A stretch of 64,000 bases of DNA, taken from a phage. The position numbers were made by a program, and so were the translations under genes. Shown here in pieces: positions 9,646-18,925 of the stretch (the stretch's first letter is position 1; each line of letters opens with the position of its first letter). Under the pieces are notes generated by a model. It made no database searches, was not told where the DNA came from, and saw nothing but the letters and a program-made list of their open reading frames with translations. The stretch lies in sequence record PZ347775.1; one strand, given 5' to 3'.

Positions 9646-10065
9646 TTATTCCTTAAAGTGTGCTTTCAACATCTGATACAAGGACCATGCCTGTTCATTA
9701 TTTTCAATAGTAACTTTCATGACTGGGAATTCTGTGAAATCTTCTATTTGTTCTTGCTCTTCCTGCTCTTGTTCTTCAGATGCCTGGTATGGATTTTCCA
9801 CTTCATCAAAGAACCCAGCTTCGTTAGTAGAAAGCCAGATAAAGTTTTCGTCAAGGATATCACCATGTGTTGCATATCCAACTGTGCCAGTAGATGTCAC
9901 AATTTTAGTAGGACGCCCGTAATAGTCCACATCTAAAATTTTAAAAGGTTCCATACCTAAACGTCGTGCATAGATTCCGTTATCAGTATGGTCTTTAATA
10001 AAATTTTCTTGAGCTTGTTTATTTTTAAATTGATACCATTTATTAACTTCAAATCTAATAGCCAT
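9646..10065 (-). CDS. hypothetical protein with acidic EQ-repeat segment
   Basis: 139-aa ORF; internal [14 protein letters not shown] tract. Confidence 0.5.
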   Translation of the reverse strand: MAIRFEVNKWYQFKNKQAQENFIKDHTDNGIYARRLGMEPFKILDVDYYGRPTKIVTSTGTVGYATHGDILDENFIWLSTNEAGFFDEVENPYQASEEQEQEEQEQIEDFTEFPVMKVTIENNEQAWSLYQMLKAHFKE

Positions 10066-10280
10066 TAATAAATTTCCTTCCAGTAAGTTGTGCCATCTTC
10101 AGTAATTTCACGGAATACACCGTAAATTGGTTGTTTATCGCCGACTTTCTCATACACATAAACCGAAGTCAAGTGAGTAAACTTAACAGTATGTTCCTTT
10201 TGAACCACTACCAAATCTGGATCAAATAATACATCTTCAAATTCGTCATTAGTGCAGTTCTGAACAATTTTACGTTTCAT
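10065..10280 (-). CDS. hypothetical protein (71 aa)
   Basis: ORF abutting upstream gene stop. Confidence 0.5.
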   Translation of the reverse strand: MKRKIVQNCTNDEFEDVLFDPDLVVVQKEHTVKFTHLTSVYVYEKVGDKQPIYGVFREITEDGTTYWKEIY

Positions 10281-10293
10281 TACAATTTCCTCA

Positions 10294-10563
10294 TTAATTG
10301 AACAGTGGAGCGATGCGTTTCAGAAGAGTAGCAGCACCTTTGGCAAATTTTACATCATGAAAAACAGTTTCTTCTTCCGTTACAACACGAACTTTAATGT
10401 TTTCACAATCCCAATTTTTACGAACAATCTTCAAAAGCTGCAGTAAATCTTTACATTCAGCAATATCGATAACACATCCACGAGAATCTTCCATTATCGC
10501 ACGATAACCATAAGCCATACCATAATCGTTGAAAGATTGTTCGATGATAATTAAGTTTTCCAT
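10294..10563 (-). CDS. hypothetical protein (89 aa)
   Basis: ATG preceded by conserved GGAGAATAAA cassette; track start lies in the SD. Confidence 0.5.
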   Translation of the reverse strand: MENLIIIEQSFNDYGMAYGYRAIMEDSRGCVIDIAECKDLLQLLKIVRKNWDCENIKVRVVTEEETVFHDVKFAKGAATLLKRIAPLFN

Positions 10564-10670
10564 TTTATTCTCCAAGTTGTTTTCTGTATCAGTAGTTGAT
10601 ATTGATATAGTACCATAATCAACTACTGATGTATATAGTTTTATGAAAAAATTTTAAACTTTATGCAAAT

Positions 10671-11090
10671 TTATGCTAAAGCTGCTTCGCACCATTTTTT
10701 AATTTGGAATTCAGGAACTACCATGAACTGGCCTGCAAAAACAATATTGTAGAGCTTGACGCCATCTTCTACCCAACGGTCCGAAATAAAACCAGCGACT
10801 TGATTCGTTGTCCACGGAGTTCCATCTGTTGCCGCCGCAATTGTGAATTTATGGTCTTTTACAACTAAAACTGAAGAACAAAGTTTCCATTTAAATGCGC
10901 TTTCTTCTGGCTCAATGAATTGGCTTGAGACATAACCAATGTTACCATCAGCGTCACGAACTTTAACCTCGTTACGACCAAAAACTGGATCACTTACAGA
11001 AAGAACTTCAACCAGCTTTCCTGCAACTTTAGAACGAGAAGCAACGGATACATATACGTAATCACCAGTAGAGAGATTTACAATATTCAT
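10671..11090 (-). CDS. hypothetical protein, paralog of adjacent 162-aa protein
   Basis: Shares RSK-AGKLVE and WVEDGVKLYN-VF motifs with 11107..11595. Confidence 0.55.
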   Translation of the reverse strand: MNIVNLSTGDYVYVSVASRSKVAGKLVEVLSVSDPVFGRNEVKVRDADGNIGYVSSQFIEPEESAFKWKLCSSVLVVKDHKFTIAAATDGTPWTTNQVAGFISDRWVEDGVKLYNIVFAGQFMVVPEFQIKKWCEAALA

Positions 11091-11106
11091 AATAATTCCT
11101 TAAACT

Positions 11107-11595
11107 TTATGCATAGAGAGCTTTGCTATAGTGTTTAATCCAGCTTTCAGGAATGACTTTGTATGTTCCTAAAAATACCACATTATACAGCTTAACACCG
11201 TCTTCTACCCACTGATCGGTAATGTATGCGCACATAGCACGAGTATAAACAGCCACACCATCATCTTTGATAAATTTAAATTCACAAGGAGCAATGAACT
11301 TAATAGCCTGACCGAGTTTCCACTTAAAGTCTACACCTACATGCGAAGTATCAATCGTTTCAATTCCTTTAGCAGGAACAGCTTTCAAAAACGCAGACTC
11401 AAGAAATTTCGCACGAACATAGCCAAACTGAGGTTTAGACTTTCCATCTTTAGGAATGATACGCACTTTTACTTCAGAATCTTCATCTTTAACACCATGT
11501 TTAAGCTGAATGCTTACAATTTCGACCAATTTTCCTGCTGCTTTAGAACGTGATTTATCAGATACACGAGCAATTTCACCAATATTAATAATCAT
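11107..11595 (-). CDS. hypothetical protein (162 aa), paralog of adjacent gene; possibly MotB-like by size and position
   Basis: Shares conserved blocks with 10671..11090; own early promoter upstream. Confidence 0.55.
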   Translation of the reverse strand: MIINIGEIARVSDKSRSKAAGKLVEIVSIQLKHGVKDEDSEVKVRIIPKDGKSKPQFGYVRAKFLESAFLKAVPAKGIETIDTSHVGVDFKWKLGQAIKFIAPCEFKFIKDDGVAVYTRAMCAYITDQWVEDGVKLYNVVFLGTYKVIPESWIKHYSKALYA

Positions 11596-11639
11596 AGTTA
11601 TCTCTCACTTGTTAAAAAGATTTTATACTCCACAGGACC

Positions 11640-11669
11640 ATTATACTCTGGTCCCAAGAGTTTGTAAAC
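11640..11669 (-). promoter_or_regulatory. T4-type early promoter
   Basis: -35 GTTTAC (11664-11669), 18-nt spacer, -10 TATAAT (11640-11645) embedded in inverted repeat gggacc/ggtcc. Confidence 0.5.
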
Positions 11670-11671
11670 TA

Positions 11672-11764
11672 TTAATTCAAAATAGCTACCACTGCACTAC
11701 GAGGTACTACGCTAAAATCACCTGCATGAACAACGTTCAGAAGTTCAACACGATAAATTTTCAT
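11672..11764 (-). CDS. 30-aa micro-ORF
   Basis: ATG with GAGGA SD and own GTTTAC/TATTAT promoter (11792-11821); MKIYRVELLNVVHAGDFSVVPRSAVVAILN. Confidence 0.3.
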   Translation of the reverse strand: MKIYRVELLNVVHAGDFSVVPRSAVVAILN

Positions 11765-11791
11765 TTTATTATCCTCAGTAGCTATGGTGTT

Positions 11792-11821
11792 ATAATACCA
11801 TAACTAACCGAGGAAGTAAAC
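11792..11821 (-). promoter_or_regulatory. T4-type early promoter
   Basis: -35 GTTTAC (11816-11821), 18-nt spacer, -10 TATTAT (11792-11797). Confidence 0.45.
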
Positions 11822-11827
11822 AACTTT

Positions 11828-12511
11828 TTATCGTTTTGTTGGAAGGGATAGAGGATCGCAATCTTCCTCTGACGGAGCATCTTCAAGACCCATAGCATAT
11901 CGCAAAGCATACTTCATCATCAGGATGTCTTTCGCACAGTCATGAATAGAATCATGTGCAACGAATCCATCTAAAGTTCCCTTTGGAAGAGGACATGTGG
12001 TCATATCACGAACAAGCAAAAGTGCTTCAATTCTAGTACGAATATCACGTTGATTCCAGAATTTACATGGTTCTAACTTAAATGTATCAAGCTCATTCTC
12101 AGAAACGCCATTAAGACGTTGAATATCGCGAATGAGATCGACTAAAATTGGAAAATCAAACGACATTCCACGGCACCAGCCTTGAGATTTCCAAGGATCG
12201 ATGTTATGTGCATTGATGTAATCATTAAATTTTGCAATACCATCGATAGTGCTTACATCTTCATCTGATGGCGCAATATTTTTTCGAGCTTCAGGAGACT
12301 GATTTTTCCACCATTCGATAGTGCTTTTAGTAAAAAGACGATGTCCTTTTTGGCTTTTTAAATCAAACTTGATTTTAATGCCGCGTGAAACTAATTCATC
12401 AAAGGATTCAACTACTTCTGGGTTAGGGTCAAAGGCAATAACAGCTAAGTCAATAACAGCTGCTTTTTCACCGCTTCCCATTGTTTCAAAATCTATAATA
12501 AAATCAAACAT
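11828..12511 (-). CDS. dexA: DexA exonuclease A
   Basis: 227-aa ORF MFDFIIDFETMGSGEKAAVIDLAVIAF; T4 DexA length and DEDD-type exonuclease N-terminus. Confidence 0.9.
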   Translation of the reverse strand: MFDFIIDFETMGSGEKAAVIDLAVIAFDPNPEVVESFDELVSRGIKIKFDLKSQKGHRLFTKSTIEWWKNQSPEARKNIAPSDEDVSTIDGIAKFNDYINAHNIDPWKSQGWCRGMSFDFPILVDLIRDIQRLNGVSENELDTFKLEPCKFWNQRDIRTRIEALLLVRDMTTCPLPKGTLDGFVAHDSIHDCAKDILMMKYALRYAMGLEDAPSEEDCDPLSLPTKR

Positions 12512-12786
12512 TAAATTTTCCTCGCTAAATCGCGAATTTGACCTACAGTATAATCTTGGATATAAACTTTATTAATGGGCTCATCAATAAATTTTGCCAT
12601 AGATTCAATATCTTTTTGTATCTCTTCAAGACTGTATACTATCTTTAAAGCTTTTTCGCGAATAGTAACATTATCAGGTCCTGAATTTTCTTGAATGACA
12701 GCTTTAACATTTGTCATAAGAGATTTAAACTGCTGCAAACTTAATTCAATCATTAATAACCGCCTTATAAAGATGGCTAATTTCAC
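12511..12786 (-). CDS. hypothetical protein
   Basis: 91-aa ORF between dda and dexA. Confidence 0.5.
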   Translation of the reverse strand: MKLAIFIRRLLMIELSLQQFKSLMTNVKAVIQENSGPDNVTIREKALKIVYSLEEIQKDIESMAKFIDEPINKVYIQDYTVGQIRDLARKI

Positions 12787-13006
12787 CTAAAACATAATCA
12801 CTGATTGTAACAGTTTTCACTTCACCACAAAAGAATTCTAACGCAATCAAATCTCGTTCAATTTCTTCCAATTGAAGCATTAACTTGCCTGATTCAATTT
12901 TCACGTTTTTGCGATTTTTACTATAAGCTATTTCATATATTTCGCTCACTTTATCTTGAAGTAGATAAAACTGGTCTTTAGTTATTTCCACGAATAGCTT
13001 CCTCAA
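12746..13006 (-). CDS. hypothetical protein
   Basis: 86-aa ORF between dda and dexA. Confidence 0.5.
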   Translation of the reverse strand: MRKLFVEITKDQFYLLQDKVSEIYEIAYSKNRKNVKIESGKLMLQLEEIERDLIALEFFCGEVKTVTISDYVLGEISHLYKAVIND

Positions 13007-13012
13007 ATTTAA

Positions 13013-14332
13013 TCATACATAAAACACATCATAACGACCACGTGTTACACCAACATAAAGAAGCTGCTGAGCCAATTCAGCATCTGCATAATGGATACAA
13101 GGCGTATAGATAAAAGCACGGTCTACAGACATGCCCTGAGCTTTGTGGAATGTTGATGCAGGAAGTGCTTTCACTTTACTAAACTGTGATTTAGCATCCC
13201 AAAAATCACTCCATGGAGCTTTTCCACCTTTATTCCAATTTTTATAAGTTTCTGCCGTTTTACCTAAAAATAAGTTAAACTTATACAGCTCTTCATCAGA
13301 TGAAATTATTTTAATCTTTTCACGATAATATTCATCATCGCCGTAAGTTTCTACTGTTAAATCCCAATGACGAATTAGATATTCTCCAGGAACACCACGA
13401 GCTTTAACAAATGTTGATGTATACTCTGCTTCTATAATACGAACTAATTGTCCGTTATTAAAAATAATTTCTGACACAGGCTTTCCATCAATTTTATATG
13501 TTTTAATTAGTGGTTCCTGCATTACAATAATTTCACCAACGATAAAATCTTTATCAGTTTCAAAAATCTTTTTACGAATAATGCTATTTAACTTGTCAAC
13601 AGATTTATTCGTAAATGCCATTACACGATTTTCAAACAAATCATCTAGTGATTTTACGATTGAAAAATAATTTACCATAAAATCGCGTAAAGCGGTATCA
13701 CCAGTAAATCCACGTACTCCATGTCCGTCAACAATTTTATCATAAATCCACTTACCATTACGAACATCAGTAGCTACATCAATAATAGGAGCATTACTGC
13801 GTTTAACTTCAGTGAGTTCACACTGATAAAAATCTTTATGTGTAAAGAATGGACTGATATAAGCAGTGTTTTCTCCTGGGTCAACAGGTCTAATTTGCTT
13901 ATTATCGCCTATTCCAATTATAGTACACCATGGCGGGATAGTTGAAAGCAAAATTTTAAATAGCTTTCTATCATACATTGACACTTCGTCGCAGATTAAT
14001 ACCCTGCATTTAGCCAAATCCGGTACTTCTTTTTGCTCAAAAAGAACGTTTTCTTCGTATGTTACTGGGTTAATTTTGAGAATACTGTGAATAGTACTCG
14101 CTTCTTTCCCTGACAGTTTTGAAAGAATCTTTTTAGCTGCATGAGTAGGAGCTGCTAAAATAATGCCAGTTTCGCCTGTAGATATTAAGGCTTCAATGAT
14201 GAACTTAGTAAGAGTAGTCTTACCAGTACCAGCAGGTCCATTAATAGTTACATGATGTTTCTTTTCTTTAATAGCCCTCATAACGATGTTAAAGGCATTT
14301 TTCTGGCCTTCTGTCAAATCATCAAATGTCAT
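13013..14332 (-). CDS. dda: Dda DNA helicase (SF1)
   Basis: 439-aa ORF; Walker A GPAGTGKT; T4 Dda length and sequence. Confidence 0.93.
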   Translation of the reverse strand: MTFDDLTEGQKNAFNIVMRAIKEKKHHVTINGPAGTGKTTLTKFIIEALISTGETGIILAAPTHAAKKILSKLSGKEASTIHSILKINPVTYEENVLFEQKEVPDLAKCRVLICDEVSMYDRKLFKILLSTIPPWCTIIGIGDNKQIRPVDPGENTAYISPFFTHKDFYQCELTEVKRSNAPIIDVATDVRNGKWIYDKIVDGHGVRGFTGDTALRDFMVNYFSIVKSLDDLFENRVMAFTNKSVDKLNSIIRKKIFETDKDFIVGEIIVMQEPLIKTYKIDGKPVSEIIFNNGQLVRIIEAEYTSTFVKARGVPGEYLIRHWDLTVETYGDDEYYREKIKIISSDEELYKFNLFLGKTAETYKNWNKGGKAPWSDFWDAKSQFSKVKALPASTFHKAQGMSVDRAFIYTPCIHYADAELAQQLLYVGVTRGRYDVFYV

Positions 14333-14640
14333 CGTAAATTCCCTGCAATTGGTATACTAACAATACGCCCAGTATCTAAAATTCGCCGATATAATCTTTG
14401 TGTGTCTACATCAGGCTTAACATGTTTAACTTCTATTTTATTAAACCAAAACTTGCGTGGAGTCTCAACTAATCTCGGAATTCCCATACCTAAAGCTAGT
14501 CGATACTGCTCTTTAAGAGTTGTAAAAACTTTATCGGCAATCTCCCTTTCAAAAAATACAGCAGGACGATGTTCATCAAGAGGAACAGGCACCGCAAATC
14601 CATCTTTATCTCTATACACTATCGCATATACATAAAACAT
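14329..14640 (-). CDS. hypothetical protein (dda.1 position)
   Basis: 103-aa ORF overlapping dda start by 4 nt. Confidence 0.6.
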   Translation of the reverse strand: MFYVYAIVYRDKDGFAVPVPLDEHRPAVFFEREIADKVFTTLKEQYRLALGMGIPRLVETPRKFWFNKIEVKHVKPDVDTQRLYRRILDTGRIVSIPIAGNLR

Positions 14641-14641
14641 A

Positions 14642-15388
14642 TTATCCTCGGATAAGTTTAAAAATTGAACAATTTAGCGGGTATCCTCTTTTCAGTTTAA
14701 GTTTATCAATAAAAGACAAGTTTTGATACCGCTCTACACCTTGAATAATTTTATCACACATATCATATTGCATTTCTGCTTCTGACAACTTTTTCACAGT
14801 TTTCCAATCCGAGCCTTTAAGAAGAACGTTCAATTTAACAACTTCAGCGCCTTCTGCTATACGAGAACCATCAATACGAGCTTTGAGTGCTACAATCGTT
14901 AGCTTAATGTCAGAGGTTTGTTTTGATTTAGAAAGCTGAGAAATGTGTTCAATTCGGTTTTCGCGTTTTTTCTGTATAGCTTTAATTTGATTATAAGTCT
15001 TTTTGATTTTAGCCCATTTCTTTTCATCTAAATTTAGTTTATGAACTTTTTTCGCAGATGAACGACCAATTCGTAAAGCAAACAAATCACGCTTTTCAAT
15101 CAACTCTTCTAAAGTATAATCAGAACGAAATGTATTGTACTTTTTCTTTACTGCAATAACATTCCCTTTAATGTATCCAACGTTATTATCAAAACGTTCT
15201 AATGATAATTTCTCTCCTTCAATACGATTATCAAAAGGTTCTCCCGAGTAAGCGCAAACTTTCTGATCTAAAATGTTCTTAATGTAATTGAAGTCTAAGT
15301 TAAAATCTTTAGAACGTCTTTTGGCAGATGCCTGAGTATGCTCTAAACGACGTGTAATTTTACGAATTTGATTTTTAGACAGTTTCAT
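14642..15388 (-). CDS. srd: Srd-position protein (248 aa)
   Basis: Location between dda.1 and modA as T4 srd; identity by synteny and size only. Confidence 0.5.
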   Translation of the reverse strand: MKLSKNQIRKITRRLEHTQASAKRRSKDFNLDFNYIKNILDQKVCAYSGEPFDNRIEGEKLSLERFDNNVGYIKGNVIAVKKKYNTFRSDYTLEELIEKRDLFALRIGRSSAKKVHKLNLDEKKWAKIKKTYNQIKAIQKKRENRIEHISQLSKSKQTSDIKLTIVALKARIDGSRIAEGAEVVKLNVLLKGSDWKTVKKLSEAEMQYDMCDKIIQGVERYQNLSFIDKLKLKRGYPLNCSIFKLIRG

Positions 15389-15418
15389 ATTTTTCTCACG
15401 GACGGGTTAACTACTTAT

Positions 15419-15448
15419 ACTATAACATTTTTACTTCAGCTTGTAAAC
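15419..15448 (-). promoter_or_regulatory. T4-type early promoter upstream of srd-position gene
   Basis: -35 GTTTAC (15443-15448), 18-nt spacer, -10 TATAGT (15419-15424). Confidence 0.5.
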
Positions 15449-15504
15449 AACTTTATGAAAAATGCTTTAAAACTTTCATGGTATAATGAATCTAAGTCCT
15501 TCCA

Positions 15505-16107
15505 TTATAGATTAAATCCTTCAAAATCAAGAGTATAGATAGTGTATGTTGAATACTTTTTATACTCGTATCTATCCGCAATTCTAAATACACTTCCAGC
15601 TGGTATCATTACTTCCTGTTCATCTGAAACTAATTCCATATTACGATAACGATGGCTATCCGGAAATTTAAAACTCGGACTATATTCTTTACAACGTAGA
15701 GCTTTTATAGCATACTCCTGAAAATTAAATACCATAGGAGCTTTGAATTCAAAAATAACTTGTGTGTTGTATTCTAATCCAGAAGCAAAATGCAGAGCTA
15801 TATTTTTATCATATGAAGCTGATACTACTTTATCGAATGTAATAATATCAATTCCTTGATTTAACACCTGTTTAGTCTCAACTGGAACACCTCTCCAAAG
15901 AGGTTTATCGTTTGGAACCAAACGAGATTTGATTATTTCATTTAACCAAGAATGATCGTCTGGCTTATTAGTAATACAATGAATTAAAAGTTCAATTTCA
16001 GATAAATTAAATCCTTCAGAAAGTAATTCTTCACGAATAGAAGCACGCACCGATGCATCCATTGATTTTATTTTAAAATCTTTTAATTGCATTGCTGAAT
16101 ATTTCAT
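15505..16107 (-). CDS. modA: ModA ADP-ribosyltransferase
   Basis: 200-aa ORF; R-S-E motifs LWRG / SASYD / DEQEVMIP; T4 ModA length. Confidence 0.9.
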   Translation of the reverse strand: MKYSAMQLKDFKIKSMDASVRASIREELLSEGFNLSEIELLIHCITNKPDDHSWLNEIIKSRLVPNDKPLWRGVPVETKQVLNQGIDIITFDKVVSASYDKNIALHFASGLEYNTQVIFEFKAPMVFNFQEYAIKALRCKEYSPSFKFPDSHRYRNMELVSDEQEVMIPAGSVFRIADRYEYKKYSTYTIYTLDFEGFNL

Positions 16108-16727
16108 TCAACTACCTCAATATCATACACTTTAAATGTTCCAAACGAATCATGTAATTTTTCTTTTGAAATAGAAGTTATTTTATACTTTCCAATTGGA
16201 ATCATCCATTCTTGTTCACGTACAATCATCATTAAGTTATCAGTACGTTCTGAATCTAATCCATCAGTATCTTCATATGTATACTTAAACTCAGTATTAG
16301 GAGAAGAAAGTATAATATCGCTGATATGGTCAGAGTAATTAAAAGCTTTATCAGTTTTTAAGCGAAGTACTATTTCAGTGAAATATTCAGCATAGGAAAA
16401 AGAACACGCTGTATGCAAACTAGTAGTAAATGAATCTACTCTGTTCGTTGAAAACACTTCTCCAACTTGTAAATCTTTAATGAGTTCTTTTGTCGATTTT
16501 GATATACCACGATATAACTGATAAGGTGATTCAGTTAAATGCTTTTTAATGATTTTATTCAACTGCCGATGAAGAGCTTCATTCTTTTTGGCTTCCATAC
16601 ATTGCCAAAGAATTGACTGTTCAAAGTCAGTAAATTTTTCACAGACCTTTTTATACATATCATATTGAAAATCGACACTTTCAGCTTTTATAGATAACTG
16701 TTCAACATCTGCGAGATTAATAATCAT
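16104..16727 (-). CDS. modB: ModB ADP-ribosyltransferase
   Basis: 207 aa from second ATG after GGAGG SD; motifs LYRG / SFTTS / REQEWMIP. Confidence 0.88.
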   Translation of the reverse strand: MIINLADVEQLSIKAESVDFQYDMYKKVCEKFTDFEQSILWQCMEAKKNEALHRQLNKIIKKHLTESPYQLYRGISKSTKELIKDLQVGEVFSTNRVDSFTTSLHTACSFSYAEYFTEIVLRLKTDKAFNYSDHISDIILSSPNTEFKYTYEDTDGLDSERTDNLMMIVREQEWMIPIGKYKITSISKEKLHDSFGTFKVYDIEVVE

Positions 16728-16753
16728 GATAGCCTCCATATACTTCAGAAGCT

Positions 16754-16783
16754 ATCATATCATTGTTAGGAAGGAAAGTAAAC
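16754..16783 (-). promoter_or_regulatory. T4-type early promoter upstream of modB
   Basis: -35 GTTTAC (16778-16783), 18-nt spacer, -10 TATGAT (16754-16759). Confidence 0.45.
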
Positions 16784-16794
16784 AACTTTTTGAA

Positions 16795-16977
16795 TTATTT
16801 TGCCCAGGGAGCCCAGGGCGGAGGGTCAAGATGGTATGAAGCTAGTTCTTCTAGAAGAGCATCTGGGGCTTCAATTCCATAATTCTGTAATACTATACGG
16901 TACTCTTTCTTATAATCACTAGAATCATTCTGGATATTCGTAGAATGATTATCTTCTAACATCTCAAATAAATCCAT
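16795..16977 (-). CDS. hypothetical protein (modA.2 position)
   Basis: 60-aa ORF. Confidence 0.5.
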   Translation of the reverse strand: MDLFEMLEDNHSTNIQNDSSDYKKEYRIVLQNYGIEAPDALLEELASYHLDPPPWAPWAK

Positions 16978-16985
16978 ATTAATTC

Positions 16986-17456
16986 CTAGCGATAAAAACC
17001 AAAATAACGATTAGTTTCAATAATCTTTCTTTCTTCTTCGGACATTCTCCAGCGTAGTCCAACATCAAAATGAGCCCAGACCATCTTAACAAATGCATTT
17101 ATATCTTTAATATCTTCAATAATGAATGTTTTACTTTTAGAAGGTTGACTCGCTAATTTAACTTTATCGTCTTCAAACAGGTCAAAAAGACCATATTCAT
17201 GAGCTCTTTTATAGCCTTTAATAGTTAAAGCTTCAGAAGAAGAAAATGGTGAATCAGTATTCTGCAAAATATCTTCAGTATGCTTTATAATTAGAATAAC
17301 ATTTTCTGGATATTTTCTTTCTTTTATATCTTTAATTAAAAGATCCGGATTTTCTGCTAAAGGAATAATTAATGAGCACTTTTTATCAAGTGTATTTACT
17401 GATTTACCTTCTTTGGACATAAATTCTATTGAATAATGTTTTGCTACTTCAATCAT
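16986..17456 (-). CDS. hypothetical protein (156 aa)
   Basis: ORF with ATG; synteny. Confidence 0.55.
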   Translation of the reverse strand: MIEVAKHYSIEFMSKEGKSVNTLDKKCSLIIPLAENPDLLIKDIKERKYPENVILIIKHTEDILQNTDSPFSSSEALTIKGYKRAHEYGLFDLFEDDKVKLASQPSKSKTFIIEDIKDINAFVKMVWAHFDVGLRWRMSEEERKIIETNRYFGFYR

Positions 17457-17601
17457 GTGATTTCCTCTTGCCTACTAATGGGCCGTCAGGAATTTTGTTT
17501 TCCTGGATATATTTCTCATTTTCTTCCATCATTTTACTGCCAATTTTAAGAAGCAAATCCAATGCTTCATTTGCTTTAGCCTTGGCCTCTTCTAGCGTCA
17601 T
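17449..17601 (-). CDS. 50-aa ORF
   Basis: ATG at 17599-17601; stop overlaps start of downstream gene (ATGATTGA); weak SD. Confidence 0.3.
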   Translation of the reverse strand: MTLEEAKAKANEALDLLLKIGSKMMEENEKYIQENKIPDGPLVGKRKSHD

Positions 17602-17609
17602 ATCTCTGT

Positions 17610-17813
17610 TCACGATTTATCCCCATAGATGTCTCTCATCAATTTAAGCGCTGAGCGTTCTAATTTCTTTTCTTTCTCAACGCTAATCATTGATTTCATC
17701 CATTCTTCTGATTCGTTCTGCATTTCTTTATTTGCTTGTTCAACCCAACCATCATCAATGTACATTGAGTTTGGTCTATTGAACCATTCAAACATTTTCT
17801 TCAGAACTTTCAT
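17610..17813 (-). CDS. hypothetical protein (67 aa)
   Basis: ORF; synteny. Confidence 0.5.
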   Translation of the reverse strand: MKVLKKMFEWFNRPNSMYIDDGWVEQANKEMQNESEEWMKSMISVEKEKKLERSALKLMRDIYGDKS

Positions 17814-18285
17814 TTGTTTTACCTAAAACAACAGTAGGAGCATCATCAAATTCATGAATTTTTAGCAAATTTGGATGTAAACTATTCCACACAGAAGAAA
17901 TAAAGTATGATAAAGCATCTTCGTCCACAATTATAAATTTATTTCCTTTATCTATTTTCCAACTATATACTGAATCGTACGAATAAAAAGATAAAGGTTC
18001 ATCATTATATTTTTCTGTGTTAACATTAATGTATTCTGATTTAGTAAATGCTTCAATTGCTCTAAACGGAATATTTGGTACAGTTTCAATAATACCAATC
18101 TTTTTAAGTTTTATTTCAGCATCTTCTGGAACTGGCATTGAAACAAAATTTTCTACGAGATACATTGGGTCACAATAACCCTTATCAATCATTACTGCTA
18201 CTGTAATTGGAATATCTTTAGCAAACGCCATGCTATCACTGCTAATATACATTTCAAACAAAATCGCTTCCATAATTTTCCTCAA
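17788..18285 (-). CDS. hypothetical protein (165 aa)
   Basis: ORF; synteny. Confidence 0.55.
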   Translation of the reverse strand: MRKIMEAILFEMYISSDSMAFAKDIPITVAVMIDKGYCDPMYLVENFVSMPVPEDAEIKLKKIGIIETVPNIPFRAIEAFTKSEYINVNTEKYNDEPLSFYSYDSVYSWKIDKGNKFIIVDEDALSYFISSVWNSLHPNLLKIHEFDDAPTVVLGKTNESSEENV

Positions 18286-18623
18286 TCACAAGATGTAGAT
18301 GAACAACTAGAATCACAAGAACTTCCACACGAATCGCCCGTCCATACATGAACAGGAACATTAGTGTCATATGAATCAGAACTAGACTGCGTATTCTGCG
18401 TATTAGATGATGTAGTAGGTGTTGACCAGCGCCAAGGATTTTTATAATATTCTTGGGCTTCTTCATAAGTCATAGTAACTGCTTCTACTGTTCCATCTCC
18501 CATATAAACATATTCAACTACAGTTAAAGGAAGGTAGTCATTTGAAATAGGAACTACACCTTCCCCAGGAGTCGTAGAGAAAAAATCCGTAAAGAAGCTT
18601 TTAAACCAATTAAAGATAAACAT
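18282..18623 (-). CDS. hypothetical protein with Cys/Ser-rich C-terminal tail
   Basis: 113-aa ORF ending [18 protein letters not shown]. Confidence 0.5.
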   Translation of the reverse strand: MFIFNWFKSFFTDFFSTTPGEGVVPISNDYLPLTVVEYVYMGDGTVEAVTMTYEEAQEYYKNPWRWSTPTTSSNTQNTQSSSDSYDTNVPVHVWTGDSCGSSCDSSCSSTSCD

Positions 18624-18829
18624 TACAAAAAGCCTCTCTTGAATTCGACTTGCTTCTCGCCATAATCATATCGAATCTCTGCATTAAATTCGACAGAACC
18701 ATCTGCGTACATCATAAATGAATGCACAACAACTTCTGTAGACCATGGCTGTAGTTCATATTTCTTCATTACATGCCGTGAAATGATAATATCTAAATCT
18801 TCATTTGGTTTAATCCAGCGATTTAACAT
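18623..18829 (-). CDS. hypothetical protein (68 aa)
   Basis: ORF with GAGGAG SD and early promoter upstream. Confidence 0.5.
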   Translation of the reverse strand: MLNRWIKPNEDLDIIISRHVMKKYELQPWSTEVVVHSFMMYADGSVEFNAEIRYDYGEKQVEFKRGFL

Positions 18830-18855
18830 AGTGCTCTCCTCTATAAGATAATTTT

Positions 18856-18885
18856 ATTATACCATACTCATTTTGGAAAGTAAAC
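18856..18885 (-). promoter_or_regulatory. T4-type early promoter
   Basis: -35 GTTTAC (18880-18885), 18-nt spacer, -10 TATAAT (18856-18861). Confidence 0.5.
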
Positions 18886-18900
18886 CGGTAAAATGAAAAA

Positions 18901-18920
18901 AGGACTCCCGGAGGAGTCCT
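18901..18920 (-). terminator. intrinsic terminator downstream of soc
   Basis: aggactcc-cgga-ggagtcct hairpin followed on minus strand by U-run. Confidence 0.55.
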
Positions 18921-18925
18921 TGAAA

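Noticed and set aside
10563-10575. MENKM-type N-terminal extensions in ORF-track translations (also at 23443, 57133, 2696, 30155)
   Set aside because: These arise from translating the conserved GGAGAATAAA SD cassette from upstream TTG/GTG codons; true starts are the downstream ATGs.
18254-18466. 70-aa ORF overlapping 18282..18623
   Set aside because: Alternative frame; His/Leu-rich translation typical of out-of-frame reading.
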